NCBI GenBank assembly: GCA_045606765.1
Contig: JAZUSR010000198.1
Span: 15,563 to 79,562, forward strand
Source: Treponema sp.
GTDB lineage: Bacteria > Spirochaetota > Spirochaetia > Treponematales > Treponemataceae
Reading direction: 5' to 3'
Length of the DNA stretch: 64,000 nt
Shown here piece by piece: positions 29,256 through 40,429 of this stretch. Every line of letters begins with the position of its first letter. Position 1 is the first letter of the stretch. The notes below the pieces were generated by a model, which searched no databases, was not told the DNA's origin, and saw only the letters and a program-made list of their open reading frames with translations. Made by a program: the position numbers and the translations under genes.

Positions 29256-30359
29256 ATGAAAAAAACTTTTTATTCTATCGCAACATTTTTTTTAATCTGT
29301 TATACATTTTTTTCTTGTTCTAGCTTACAACAAGATGTTGTTATTTCAACAGTTCCCAAAAATGAAATTTCAGAACTTGAAAACATTGAGTTTAGAATTA
29401 CACATCTCGATTCTAAAAAATTACTTTGCTCGGCAACAGATTATTCAACACTAACACAAATCAATCAAACCGCTCAAGATATTTTAAGCGATCTTTCAAA
29501 ATTATTAAACAACAAAAATCTTCAGCAAGCAGCACAATCAAGACTAATTGCATTAAAAGGGAGGTTATTTGAAATTCAAAACAAGACACAAGAAGCAACT
29601 GAATGTTACAACCTTTCAAACTCAATATACAAAGGTGATATTCAAAATCAAATACTTGGGTACAGATTATCAATCATAAAAAACATTACAGATATCAATG
29701 CACATTCTAGCGAAAAAGATTTAGTTTTAATTGAGCAAGCAATATCGTATTTTAAAGAAAATAATTATTCTAGTTCTGTTGCAAAATTCGATGAAGCTTT
29801 TATTTCCTGTGAAGATTTTTACAAAGATGCTTACTCTACTATTCGTGATATTGCGTGGAACAATCATTCTCTTAAAAATTTAGATTCTTCGTCAGATTTA
29901 ATTTCTGTAAAAGAATTAACTATTGGTCAAATGATGATGATTGCTCAAAATTATCCACAAGTCCTTAATTATTACACGAGTGGAAATGTATACTCAGAAA
30001 CAATGCTCTTTAGAAAGCTTGTTCAACAAGGACTATTAACATCTACATTTAACGAAAATCCACCTAAAAAAATATATCCATACACAAAACTTACAAAAAG
30101 TATGGCGGCGCGTTTCTTTTGGAATCTTCATTGCAACAAAACTGATAACATCGAGTTAAAAACAAAATTTTCTACATATTACAAAAAAGAAAAATCAAAA
30201 TCTCCTGTAAAAGATGTATCAATTTCTCACGAAGATTTTGATGCAATTTTAGGTTGTATTCAATATAGATATTTTACATTAGACGATGGGGTTAATTTCA
30301 ATCCTGACAATTTTGTTAGTGGTGCAGAAATTGCAAAAGCACTTCAACGAATGAAATAA
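29256..30359 (+). CDS. Lipoprotein with TPR-like helices and a C-terminal SLH-like domain
   Basis: GGAGG SD then ATG 29256; lipobox FFSC; C-terminal DV..SH..FDAI..FNPDNFVSGAEIAKALQR. Confidence 0.7.
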   Translation: MKKTFYSIATFFLICYTFFSCSSLQQDVVISTVPKNEISELENIEFRITHLDSKKLLCSATDYSTLTQINQTAQDILSDLSKLLNNKNLQQAAQSRLIALKGRLFEIQNKTQEATECYNLSNSIYKGDIQNQILGYRLSIIKNITDINAHSSEKDLVLIEQAISYFKENNYSSSVAKFDEAFISCEDFYKDAYSTIRDIAWNNHSLKNLDSSSDLISVKELTIGQMMMIAQNYPQVLNYYTSGNVYSETMLFRKLVQQGLLTSTFNENPPKKIYPYTKLTKSMAARFFWNLHCNKTDNIELKTKFSTYYKKEKSKSPVKDVSISHEDFDAILGCIQYRYFTLDDGVNFNPDNFVSGAEIAKALQRMK

Positions 30360-30379
30360 AAAAAAGATCTATTCGATAA

Positions 30380-30432
30380 AAAAAGCACTTCCTTAAACTG
30401 AATACTTATTCAATTTTTGGAAAGTGCTTTTT
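30380..30432. terminator. Palindromic element and probable bidirectional terminator
   Basis: AAAAAGCACTT-CC..TGAATA CT TATTCA..GG-AAGTGCTTTTT between convergent genes. Confidence 0.7.
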
Positions 30433-30514
30433 AATTTACAATTCAATCAAAAACTTTATAGTTTATTCATAAAATCAATAACTAAGTTTATTTTATAATT
30501 CATTCAAACTATAA

Positions 30515-32611
30515 CTAAACTTTAAACTGATCGATTTCACTACCAATCATAAAGATTGCACTACGCATTTGACTTGAAATATCATGCAATGCAGATCCTG
30601 TTTCATTAATTTTTGTAGCCCCTGCATCCATCTCGACCATACTAACTTCCATTTCATCAGTATAATCTTTAAGTGTCGTAACTTCATGCAAAATAGACTG
30701 AGATCCATTTGACATTTCACCAGCAGCATCACGAACCTCTGAAGTTGTATTACTCATCATCTGAAGAGCTTCAAGAACTTGTTTTGACCCTTCTTGTTGT
30801 TCTTGCATTGCAGCACGAATCTGACGAACAAGTTCATCAGTAGATTCAATATTTGAAGAAACTGCTGTAAATGCATTTGAACTTTCTGCTGAAGATTCTA
30901 CAACCTCTCCAATTGATTCTTTAATTTTTGTAAGTTGTTCACCAATTGTTCTAGACTGAGTTGATGAAGTTTCAGAAAGTTTTCTAATTTCATCAGCTAC
31001 TACAGAGAATCCTTTTCCTGCGTCCCCTGCATGTGCTGCTTCAATTGCTGCGTTCATAGCCAAAAGATTTGTCTGTTCTGCAATTGCAGCAATAGCAGCA
31101 TTTGCCTCTTGAAGCATAACTGATTGGCTTTCAATTTGTTCAATTCGTTCATTTACAATTGCTTGCTTTTGAGCTCCAGAAGATGCATTTTCCTGAAGAG
31201 TATCAAATGAGGCTGCCATTTTTTCTACCGACTGATTTACAGAACCAATATTTCCAATCATCTGCTCAATTGCAGCACTTGCTTGTGTTACACCACTTGC
31301 TTGATTTTCAATCATTCTTTCAAGGGATTGAATATTTGAAGTAATCTGAGTAATTGCTCCAGCTGTTCCTTGAACACTAGCATTTTGTTTTGTAATATGA
31401 GTTTTTACGCTATCAATATTTGCAAGAATTTCAGTAATAGAACTTTCTGTATCTTCAATAGCAGCTGCAAGGTCTGAGTCAATTGAATTAAGATTATTCT
31501 TAGATTCTTTAATTTTAACAATGATATCATATATTTTTTTAATGAACATATTAAAGCCCTGTGTTACAGCGCCAATTTCATTATTATCTTTAATTTGAAT
31601 TCTTTGAGTTAAGTCAGCATTTCCAGTTGCAATACCTTCAATAATATCAACTACTAAGTTAAGAGGTTTTAAAGCCCCTGTAACAATTACAAACAAAATT
31701 ATTAAAATAGCAACTGCAATCGCAATATTACCAAAACTTAAAAAGAATGCCAAATCATTTGCAGTTTTTTTAATTTCTCTAGTTGAATCACAAATAGCCA
31801 ACGACCATGGAGTATTCTTGACAGGAGCATATGAAATAAACACTTCTTCTGAAGTTCCTTTATAACCATATCCATCTGCGATTGCACCATTAACCATACT
31901 TTTTGCAATTTGTTGCAGAGAAGGGTCAATTTTTTCTCCAGTTAAAAAGTTTACTTTTGTAACAAAGTCTTTATTTTTGTGTCCAATTACAGTTCCATTT
32001 CCATCAAGCAAGAATGAATAACCTTCTTTTCCTAATGTAAATTCAGAAACGGTATCTTGAAGATATTGTAACGAATGGATTCCTACAAAAACACCTCTAA
32101 ATCTCTTATTTGCATCATAAGCACCTTTGGCAATCATTACAGAAATTTTTCCAGTAGCTTTTGCAACAGTAGGATTTTCAATTGAGAAAGTCACTTGTCC
32201 CGATTTAATCTTCTGAAAATATTCTCGGTCACTATGATTTCCTCGCTTTCCACTATCATAATAACTATTTCCGTTTGGATCGATATAAAGTACATAGTCA
32301 AAATTTTCAAATCGTCGTTTTGTTGTACTTACAATCCATGCACCAATTTCTTCAGTAGATTCGCCATTATACACAACATCACTATTTGTATACATATCCA
32401 AGGCAACTAAACCTGTATTGATCCAATTTGAAAAAGACTCAGAATAACTTTCTGTCATCTTTACAATATCACCTGTAATATTTTCTGTAATTACAGCTTT
32501 TGTCTTTTTAACAGATAAAATTGTTAAAATTGTAAAGGAAACCACTACAAATACACCTACGACAGCCATAATCTTTGCGGCTAATCTTTTCTTGGATTGA
32601 TGTTCTACCAT
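30515..32611 (-). CDS. Methyl-accepting chemotaxis protein (dCache, HAMP, MCP signal domain)
   Basis: Two TM segments, DREYFQ dCache motif, HAMP (DLTQRI..NEIG), [33 protein letters not shown]. Confidence 0.95.
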   Translation of the reverse strand: MVEHQSKKRLAAKIMAVVGVFVVVSFTILTILSVKKTKAVITENITGDIVKMTESYSESFSNWINTGLVALDMYTNSDVVYNGESTEEIGAWIVSTTKRRFENFDYVLYIDPNGNSYYDSGKRGNHSDREYFQKIKSGQVTFSIENPTVAKATGKISVMIAKGAYDANKRFRGVFVGIHSLQYLQDTVSEFTLGKEGYSFLLDGNGTVIGHKNKDFVTKVNFLTGEKIDPSLQQIAKSMVNGAIADGYGYKGTSEEVFISYAPVKNTPWSLAICDSTREIKKTANDLAFFLSFGNIAIAVAILIILFVIVTGALKPLNLVVDIIEGIATGNADLTQRIQIKDNNEIGAVTQGFNMFIKKIYDIIVKIKESKNNLNSIDSDLAAAIEDTESSITEILANIDSVKTHITKQNASVQGTAGAITQITSNIQSLERMIENQASGVTQASAAIEQMIGNIGSVNQSVEKMAASFDTLQENASSGAQKQAIVNERIEQIESQSVMLQEANAAIAAIAEQTNLLAMNAAIEAAHAGDAGKGFSVVADEIRKLSETSSTQSRTIGEQLTKIKESIGEVVESSAESSNAFTAVSSNIESTDELVRQIRAAMQEQQEGSKQVLEALQMMSNTTSEVRDAAGEMSNGSQSILHEVTTLKDYTDEMEVSMVEMDAGATKINETGSALHDISSQMRSAIFMIGSEIDQFKV

Positions 32612-32741
32612 ACTTCATCTACCTCTTTACGCATAATACAATTAAAAAACTATCACATACTATTTTAACCATAAATTTATCAACTTGCAAGAAAAAAGAG
32701 ACATTATTTTCTATAAATTGGATATTAGCAATTATCTAGAA

Positions 32742-33329
32742 TTATTTAAACAATTGCCCAAAAGATTTTACATAATCAATAAAAGAAACATATGATGCAA
32801 GAACACATAACCAAGACAATACTTCAACAGATGTTTCAAAAATAGCTAGAACATTCCCCGCCAAAGGCATTCCAATGCGAGAAGCACTAACCATAAATAA
32901 AATTACAAATCCTGTAAAAATGTATAAACAAGTTTTAAATTTACCACCTTTTCTTGCAGCAATTGCAACACCTTTTTTAGCAGCCACCATTCTAAGAAAA
33001 TTCATTGTAAATTCACGATATAAAATTAAAATTAAACAAATAAAATTAAAATAGTTTGTATAAGCAAAAACAGCTAAAATTGTTATATGTAAAAAGACAT
33101 CCGCAAAAGGATCAAAAATTTTACCAAAATCGCTTACTTCATTTCGTTTTCTAGCATAATATCCATCTAAAAAATCTGTAAATTCCGCGAAAGCTAACAA
33201 AGGAAGCATTATCCATCCAGTTACTTTTGTAAATAAAGGATTATTCACATAACTAGGAAGTAAATAAAGAATTAGAAAAACAGGAGCAAAAAAAATTCTT
33301 ACTAAAGTAAATTTATTAGATAATTTCAT
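32742..33329 (-). CDS. pgsA: CDP-diacylglycerol--glycerol-3-phosphate 3-phosphatidyltransferase
   Basis: TDFLDGYYARK..SDFGKIFDPFAD CDP-alcohol phosphotransferase motif; GKFKT. Confidence 0.92.
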   Translation of the reverse strand: MKLSNKFTLVRIFFAPVFLILYLLPSYVNNPLFTKVTGWIMLPLLAFAEFTDFLDGYYARKRNEVSDFGKIFDPFADVFLHITILAVFAYTNYFNFICLILILYREFTMNFLRMVAAKKGVAIAARKGGKFKTCLYIFTGFVILFMVSASRIGMPLAGNVLAIFETSVEVLSWLCVLASYVSFIDYVKSFGQLFK

Positions 33330-33514
33330 AAGACAATTATATTTTTTAAACGATAGTTAAGTCAACTAATTGAATCAACATTTACCCCAATTTCAATACG
33401 CCGAAAAAAAAGGCAAAAATTGTTTATAATACGAAAGGACTCTCCCAAAATTATTTACAATGCGGAAGGCGTACTACATTTTTATTACAGCAGGTTGAAT
33501 TATTTTTACAAAAA

Positions 33515-34228
33515 TCAGTACTCACGCTGAATTTTTGCTGTCACATTAAAAAAGGATTTTTCAATTTTAACTTTATAAACAACTGGATAATAATAACTAT
33601 GAGGAATATCAACATAAAGTTTTTGTTTTTGGACGAAAAAAAACTTATTAATAGTTTTCTTAACTTTTTCAGGATAATTTATTGAAAAAAAATGTTTCTT
33701 ATGCGACAAAGTTAATTCTTTTTTATTAAAATTATCATCCGATACTTCATACCAAAATCTTGGAATAGGCAAAAGAATATAATCATTTAATTTATAACAA
33801 TCAATTTGAACCTTCGAATACATTTTATTTGTAACAGTAATTTCAATAAAAGATTTCCTTGGATAAAATTCACTTAATGTCAAATAAACAACAGAACTAA
33901 AAACAGCAAAAGTAACCAAAATAATAATTGCACTAGACTTTGCAAAAAAGAAAAATAAGCAACCTACAAAAAAAGATAAAATCAAAAACAATAATTCATA
34001 AATTTCTACTTCGCGAAAAAAATTTACTATTTTATTACCCGAATTCAAACAAACAAACACTATAGCACACACAATTCCCAATGAAATTGCAAATAACAAA
34101 AGTGTACTACCCAAATCAGAAATTTTTGAACCATTCATTAAACGGGAACATAAAGAAAAAGAACCAACTACGATTATCCCACATAAAAACGCAGCAATAA
34201 TCGTAGTTACTAACATATAAAAACTCAT
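33515..34228 (-). CDS. Hypothetical membrane protein
   Basis: About 4 N-terminal TM segments; starts 2 nt after the upstream stop. Confidence 0.65.
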   Translation of the reverse strand: MSFYMLVTTIIAAFLCGIIVVGSFSLCSRLMNGSKISDLGSTLLLFAISLGIVCAIVFVCLNSGNKIVNFFREVEIYELLFLILSFFVGCLFFFFAKSSAIIILVTFAVFSSVVYLTLSEFYPRKSFIEITVTNKMYSKVQIDCYKLNDYILLPIPRFWYEVSDDNFNKKELTLSHKKHFFSINYPEKVKKTINKFFFVQKQKLYVDIPHSYYYPVVYKVKIEKSFFNVTAKIQREY

Positions 34229-34230
34229 CT

Positions 34231-35052
34231 TTATGGATATACCTTAAAATCTTGAACAACACTAATTGTTGATTCAACTTTATAATCAGTTACTTCCTTC
34301 TGTGCCAAAACTATAGCCTTTTCTACAATTGCACTTGAATCTGCAACACCTTGCAAAATTATTTTTTTATCAATTACAACTGCGTGAAGAAAATTAATAT
34401 TAATTTTATATTTAAACACAAGAGTATTAACAAGATTTTGAGCCAAAAGTAATTTTTTAATTTTATCAGCACCAAGTTGTTCTTTTTCTGGAGTAATGCA
34501 ATTTTTTACAGTTTCTACAATAATATTTGAAGTAGCTTCTTCATCAAGAATTCCTGTATTAATAATCATATGATAATCAGATGGTTCATCATTTTCACGA
34601 TTGAAAAAACTCTTATGAAATCCTTGTCGATTATTATCACTTTCATCAATACGTTGCTGAGCTTGTTTATCATCCCAATTAAACTCTTTCTTTAATCGCT
34701 CTAAACGAATTGAATCTTTTGCAATAAATCTAAATGAAATCAAATTTGGAAGTTCACTCAAAATAATGTGAGCTCCACGACCAATCAAAAGACAATTCCC
34801 TTCAGATGCAGCTTCAAGAACAGCTGTAGAAAGATAATCCATATATTCATCACAATCTTTTGCAAGAGATGCAAAAAAACCAGGTTTTCGTTCATCATAT
34901 TTTTCTAACTTAGATTCAGGGAAACCTAATTCAACAATTTTTCTTTCAATTTCTTTTCTTCCAACAAATTTATATCCCAATTTTTTTGCAACAAGAGATG
35001 CAACTTCATCTCCTAATGCAGCAACTTGTCGAGCAATTGTAATTACAGCCAT
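34231..35052 (-). CDS. Cytidylate-kinase-like family protein with a C-terminal BON-like domain
   Basis: VITIARQVAALG, LLIGRGAHIIL, D..R..F and YHMIINTG motifs; C-terminal IILQGVA..S. Confidence 0.8.
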   Translation of the reverse strand: MAVITIARQVAALGDEVASLVAKKLGYKFVGRKEIERKIVELGFPESKLEKYDERKPGFFASLAKDCDEYMDYLSTAVLEAASEGNCLLIGRGAHIILSELPNLISFRFIAKDSIRLERLKKEFNWDDKQAQQRIDESDNNRQGFHKSFFNRENDEPSDYHMIINTGILDEEATSNIIVETVKNCITPEKEQLGADKIKKLLLAQNLVNTLVFKYKININFLHAVVIDKKIILQGVADSSAIVEKAIVLAQKEVTDYKVESTISVVQDFKVYP

Positions 35053-35199
35053 AATAACCTCCAGTAAAAATAGTAATTAATTATTCAACTTTTTATTGTT
35101 TATTAAAAAATTGTTTGTTATACTTTTAATACAATCCATAACTTACTATTATAATAATAAGTCTCTTTTGAGAATCTGTCAAAATTTTTAGGAAATTTT

Positions 35200-35748
35200 A
35201 TGAATAATGATGAATTAATTTGGAATGAATGTTCAAAAGAAAATCTTTACAAAACACCAGTTTTTAGCATTTCTAAGACAAAAAGTGTTTCGCCAGATGG
35301 ACTGCAAGGTGAATATTATGTAATTGATGCAAGAAATTGGTGCGCCGTTATTCCAGAAATTGGAGATGATTTTTTAATGGTAAAACAATGGCGACATGGT
35401 GCAAAACAATTGAGCATCGAATTTCCTGGTGGAACAATTGACGATGGGGAAGAACCAATTAATGCTGCTTTGCGTGAACTACGGGAAGAAACTGGTTATA
35501 TTTCTAACGATTTAGTTTACTTAGGAGCAATGAGTCCAAATCCTGCCATTATGTCAAACAAAATGCACTTTTTTCTCGCAAAAAATCTTATAAACACAGG
35601 AACTCAAGATTTAGATAACGATGAATATGTAAATGCAATTCGCATTCCTCAAAAAGAAGTTTTAGAAAAAATGGGCTCACCAGAATATCCTCACGCACTA
35701 ATGGCAGCGGCTCTTAATTTCTATAGACAATATAAATTGTCTCACTAA
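35200..35748 (+). CDS. NUDIX hydrolase (ADP-ribose pyrophosphatase-like)
   Basis: Nudix box GGTIDDGEEPINAALRELREETGY; VKQWR. Confidence 0.92.
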   Translation: MNNDELIWNECSKENLYKTPVFSISKTKSVSPDGLQGEYYVIDARNWCAVIPEIGDDFLMVKQWRHGAKQLSIEFPGGTIDDGEEPINAALRELREETGYISNDLVYLGAMSPNPAIMSNKMHFFLAKNLINTGTQDLDNDEYVNAIRIPQKEVLEKMGSPEYPHALMAAALNFYRQYKLSH

Positions 35749-35755
35749 TTTATAT

Positions 35756-37330
35756 TTACAACTCTAAAACTAAATCTTCAGGCAAAAGGTTATATGTTTT
35801 TTTAAACTTAGACGAGGCTATGGCATGCATCATCACTCCAGAAATTGCAGCATCACTTTCTGAATAATTTTGTGCCAACAATCCTGAAATAGCACCTGAC
35901 AAGACATCTCCAGAGCCACCTTTTGATAATGATGGATGACCATCTTTACAGATATAAATTTTATTCTTAAGACCTATAAAAGTATTTGCACCTTTTAATA
36001 CAAGAACAACATTTTTATATTTATTACAGAATAGCCGCATTAATTCTACACGCTTAACAATTATTTCATCAATTGAAAAATCTCCAAGCCCGGAATTTTT
36101 AAGCAATACCGAAAATTCTTTTAAATGAGGAGTTAATATAATCTTTTGATTTTTTTCTGCTGAATCACTTTCTTTACTACAAACCGAATCTAAAAATTGA
36201 ATTAATTCATCATAATAAAAAACATCTGCATCAAAAACAACTGGAACTTTTTTCGATGCAATAAATTCAAGATAAGTCGAAAGATTTTTATCCCGACCAA
36301 GCCCAGGCCCTAAAACCAAACTTGTAACATTCGATGAAATCTCATCAGAAATCATTACACAAGCAGGAATTTTAAAATCATATTGAGAAAATTTTTCTAC
36401 ACCACTTTGAAAATTAGACATTTCATTTTGAGCACATCTTACAATACTTGATAGCCCTGCACCACATCTAAATGCACTGGTCGCGCATAAAATGGCAGCT
36501 CCAAGTTTTTCACCACCAATCACAACCGAATGACCAAATTTTCCTTTATGAGTATTTAATTCATTTCTAACAGGAAAAGTGACATCGTCTTTTTCTAACA
36601 AATAAATTTTATTCTTTGGAAAAACTTTATCTGCCTTTTGATAAAACAACTGATTAGAAATACCAATCGAACAACATTTTATTTTGCCAACCAAATCTTT
36701 TGCATTATCAGAAAAAAGAGCCATTTTATGCGCTCCCATTGTAGCTGTAACATCTGCACAAAAAACATAATGCTTTTTTTTCTGTAAGCTAAAAGAAGAA
36801 ATATTTGAACAATTCAAATCAATCCCAGACGGAATATCACAAGCAATTCTAAAAGCATCAGCATGATTTACAACTTTAAAAAGGTTTACAATTTTTTCAT
36901 CCACAAGATTGTGAAACCCTGTCCCAAAAATACAATCCACAATCACAGAAGCAGAATTAATTACTTTTTCAAGTTTTGTATTTTTTACTTCCGATTTTAA
37001 TTCATATATATCAATTGCTTTTTTTACAAGAGACTTTATATTATCAAAAGCCCTTTGACAATAAATTGATTTTGGCTCTGAAACTTGTAAAACAGACACT
37101 TTTACTTTTTCTGCCAAACGCCGAGCCAAAGAATATCCGTCAGCACCATTGTTTCCAGAACCACACATAATTAAAATAGATTTTACTTTTTGAACATTTC
37201 TGAAAATTATTTTCTCCAATGAACTAGAAGCATTTTCAATCATTAATGTTTCAGCTATAAATTCATCAGAAGAATAATATACAGAAATTTCTTTTTCAAC
37301 TTCTTTTACACTTTCAAAAACCGGAATCAT
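35756..37330 (-). CDS. nnr: Bifunctional NAD(P)H-hydrate epimerase/dehydratase
   Basis: LMIENA, CGSGNNGADG, DCIFGTG, DIPSG; THKGKFG, GPGLG, LTPH..EF, GGSGDVLSG. Confidence 0.92.
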   Translation of the reverse strand: MIPVFESVKEVEKEISVYYSSDEFIAETLMIENASSSLEKIIFRNVQKVKSILIMCGSGNNGADGYSLARRLAEKVKVSVLQVSEPKSIYCQRAFDNIKSLVKKAIDIYELKSEVKNTKLEKVINSASVIVDCIFGTGFHNLVDEKIVNLFKVVNHADAFRIACDIPSGIDLNCSNISSFSLQKKKHYVFCADVTATMGAHKMALFSDNAKDLVGKIKCCSIGISNQLFYQKADKVFPKNKIYLLEKDDVTFPVRNELNTHKGKFGHSVVIGGEKLGAAILCATSAFRCGAGLSSIVRCAQNEMSNFQSGVEKFSQYDFKIPACVMISDEISSNVTSLVLGPGLGRDKNLSTYLEFIASKKVPVVFDADVFYYDELIQFLDSVCSKESDSAEKNQKIILTPHLKEFSVLLKNSGLGDFSIDEIIVKRVELMRLFCNKYKNVVLVLKGANTFIGLKNKIYICKDGHPSLSKGGSGDVLSGAISGLLAQNYSESDAAISGVMMHAIASSKFKKTYNLLPEDLVLEL

Positions 37331-37353
37331 TTACTTCCCTATTTCGCTAGAAA

Positions 37354-38190
37354 CTATGCAATAAAAATCAAACCCAAAATTGCAACAGGAATCAAATAAG
37401 CTGCAAACCATTCAAGTTTTCCTTTTTTTATAATTTTCATCAAACATGCAAGAGAAAAATATCCAACAATGAACGATACTAAACAACCTACAAGCAAAGG
37501 GAAAATTTCAATCATAGAATTTACTTGATTAAGATCCTTTAATTCAAGTAAAAAAGCTCCTAATATCGCCGGAATCGATACAATAAAAGAATATTCCCCA
37601 GCGAGATTCCTTTTTACACCACTAAACATAGCACCTGCAATTGTAGAACCAGAGCGAGATATTCCTGGCAAAGTTCCGACACCTTGTAACAATCCAATTA
37701 TGATAGACTGTTTAATTGTAATTCCAGTGTATTCTTGTTGCTTTTGTTTTTTCGACAACACACTTGAAATAACTAAAAAAGCTGATGTTACAAAAAAACC
37801 TATGAAAACAAATTTAATGGGAAGGTCTGGAATAATTTTTGAAGATGCTATTCCCATAATGCCAGTTATTAAAGTAGTGATTAAGATTGCAATAATAGTT
37901 CTTCGTCCAGCAGAATCATTTTCACATAATCCATTTACATTATTTAAATTTGATTCTGGCTTTTTAAAAATCCATCGATATAAAACCTTAAAAAATTCAC
38001 AAATTTCTTTTCTAAAAAAAATAAAAACTGCGAGTAGAGTTGAAAGATGCAAAAACACATCAAATAACAACGGTACATCATCCAAATCAAACAATTTTTG
38101 AGCAATTTTTAAATGTCCCGATGAAGAAATAGGTAAAAACTCCGCTACCCCTTGTAATGCACCTAATAAAATTGCTTGAATAATAGTCAT
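37354..38190 (-). CDS. uppP: Undecaprenyl-diphosphate phosphatase
   Basis: QGVAEFLPISSSGH and PGISRSGSTI motifs. Confidence 0.95.
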   Translation of the reverse strand: MTIIQAILLGALQGVAEFLPISSSGHLKIAQKLFDLDDVPLLFDVFLHLSTLLAVFIFFRKEICEFFKVLYRWIFKKPESNLNNVNGLCENDSAGRRTIIAILITTLITGIMGIASSKIIPDLPIKFVFIGFFVTSAFLVISSVLSKKQKQQEYTGITIKQSIIIGLLQGVGTLPGISRSGSTIAGAMFSGVKRNLAGEYSFIVSIPAILGAFLLELKDLNQVNSMIEIFPLLVGCLVSFIVGYFSLACLMKIIKKGKLEWFAAYLIPVAILGLIFIA

Positions 38191-38236
38191 ATTTAAAACC
38201 TCTTTTCTTTTAATTCATATTTATCCCAAATTAATT

Positions 38237-40429
38237 TTAAAATGGTAACTTAAGATTTCCTAACGCATCCCCAATAGCTTTTTTAGCAGCATTCTTTGCT
38301 GTATTTTCGAGTTTTGCTTCTAACTCTTTTCGTTTAGCCTCAAGAAGATTATTCAATTTGTCCAATTTAATACTTTCTGAATTTATTCCATTTTCAAGAT
38401 CAATAAACTCATTAAGTTTAGAAACTGCCCCATTTGTCTTTTCGTTCAACAAATCACTAACCTTAGTCAAAGTGGAATCAATAATTATTTTCAATTCATC
38501 ATTTACTAACGAAGTAAGAACTTTTACAAATTGTTTATCTGCATCCGACGATAATTTTAAATCGAATTTATCATCGTTTGAAAACATCAAGTCCATTCCA
38601 ACTTTCATATCATCAATATACGATAATGCTTTTGAATAAAGCCTATAAGCATATTCTGGTTCAAAAGTTTCAGTTTTAAATAAAAGATTTTGTAAATGCA
38701 AATCAGCCCCAATTGAAACCGAGCCATCTTTCATAACTGATAATTTTCCAGAAATCACAGATGATGAATCAAGTCCAAAAACTGGTGTCGAAAAAGCAAC
38801 TGGATAATTTGTTCCACCATAATTAATTCCTACAAGTGGATTAGTTGAATTTTTTCTTGTATCAACAATAATATCACCAAAATGATTTTGATTTTTTATA
38901 TCCAAATTCAAATTCGCAATTGCAGGCTTTCCCCTTTTGTCCATATCTGAACTAATATCTGTAGCCTTAGCAGCAAAATTAACTCCAGAAACAGACATGT
39001 TTTCAATAATAAATTTTGGAATTGTATTTCTTCTATAATAAATATTTTTTCCAGGTAACCTTTTTCTTGAAGAATCCGGTTTTTCATCTACCTTTGGTTT
39101 TTGATCTGCCTGAGCTTTTGCTTCAAGTGCCAATCCAACACCTTGTTTTAGATATGGATAATATTTCCCCACAACTTTATAAACAATTGTTTCAATTGGA
39201 CCAGACAAAAGTTTTACACCATCTTTAATCTTAAAAGATTTTATTTTATTTACTTCAGTTTTAACAAAATTAGTATCATTTTTAATTGCGTTTTGAATTG
39301 CAACAGAAGAAGTTTTAATTTGTTTTGCATCTACCTTTACTTCATTTACAAGAGTTTTTGTTTTTTCTGTTAATTTTTTTCCTTCTTTAATCAATGTCGT
39401 AATGTTTGAAATTAAATCTAATATTTTTTCTCGATCAGACAAATTTGAATAATCTGCTTCAGAAAATTGTTTTACTTTTTCAGAAAATAACTTTACATCA
39501 TTAGAAATTTCAGCAGGTTTTTCTTTCCACTTTGTCACAAGTGTATCTCCGACTGTATATACTTCCTTTGCAACTGTTGGACTTTTTAATTGTGATTGAA
39601 CATTGTTTAAAATCGCTTTTGGGTTATACGCATCAAATAATTTATTAAGTTCTTCCTTTGTTGCTTCTTGTGCAATTTTAATTTTATTTTCAATACCTAA
39701 CTGAAATTTATTTTTTGATGCTTTTAAATTTGGAAGTGCAGCAGAAGTCTTTCGAGCAGTCATTACATTAATTCCTTCTACGGCAATGTTTTGCAAATCA
39801 AATTTCCCTCGCAAAAGTTCTGTCAAATTAAAATCAATATCAATTTTGTCAAATTGAAAAAGGTTTTTCATAGGATCCTCTTTATATCCCTGATACAAAC
39901 CTTTTATTGTAACTGATGAACCTAATATTTCTACATTTATATATTCAATATCTGTTTTCGCTTCAAAAATTCCTTGCATTGTATTTGTCAATAATTTTCG
40001 AACTACAACATTTTTAAATGTACAAACCAAAAGCACAACAGCTATACAAATTATTATTGTTGCTACAAGAGGAATAATTCTTAATGAGAATTTCTGAGAA
40101 GCAACTTCCTTACCAATTCGTTTAAGTTTTTTTGCTTGAGATTTTAACAACATCTTATCACGCGGAATGTAGAACTTACCTTCCTTTTTTGGATTAGGAA
40201 CAAAAAGTTCTTCAACCATTGCTCGATGTGTTGGCACATAAATATGATTTAATAATTTATTTAATTTTTTTCGTGTATAACTTTTCTTTAAAATACCTGG
40301 AAGTTTTTTTGCAGGAACTGTTTTTTCTTCCTTTGCCTTTTCAATCTTTTGTTCTACAATTGTTCCATCAAAAGATTTTTCATTTTCAACAATTTCTTTT
40401 TTTTCAAGAATATCATCCTTCTTTTTCAT
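38237..40429 (-). CDS. TIGR03545-like membrane-anchored protein (AsmA-like N-terminal region plus coiled coil)
   Basis: TM segment, FEAKTDI, DPMKNLFQ; paired with the TIGR03546-like gene through a TAATG overlap. Confidence 0.7.
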   Translation of the reverse strand: MKKKDDILEKKEIVENEKSFDGTIVEQKIEKAKEEKTVPAKKLPGILKKSYTRKKLNKLLNHIYVPTHRAMVEELFVPNPKKEGKFYIPRDKMLLKSQAKKLKRIGKEVASQKFSLRIIPLVATIIICIAVVLLVCTFKNVVVRKLLTNTMQGIFEAKTDIEYINVEILGSSVTIKGLYQGYKEDPMKNLFQFDKIDIDFNLTELLRGKFDLQNIAVEGINVMTARKTSAALPNLKASKNKFQLGIENKIKIAQEATKEELNKLFDAYNPKAILNNVQSQLKSPTVAKEVYTVGDTLVTKWKEKPAEISNDVKLFSEKVKQFSEADYSNLSDREKILDLISNITTLIKEGKKLTEKTKTLVNEVKVDAKQIKTSSVAIQNAIKNDTNFVKTEVNKIKSFKIKDGVKLLSGPIETIVYKVVGKYYPYLKQGVGLALEAKAQADQKPKVDEKPDSSRKRLPGKNIYYRRNTIPKFIIENMSVSGVNFAAKATDISSDMDKRGKPAIANLNLDIKNQNHFGDIIVDTRKNSTNPLVGINYGGTNYPVAFSTPVFGLDSSSVISGKLSVMKDGSVSIGADLHLQNLLFKTETFEPEYAYRLYSKALSYIDDMKVGMDLMFSNDDKFDLKLSSDADKQFVKVLTSLVNDELKIIIDSTLTKVSDLLNEKTNGAVSKLNEFIDLENGINSESIKLDKLNNLLEAKRKELEAKLENTAKNAAKKAIGDALGNLKLPF

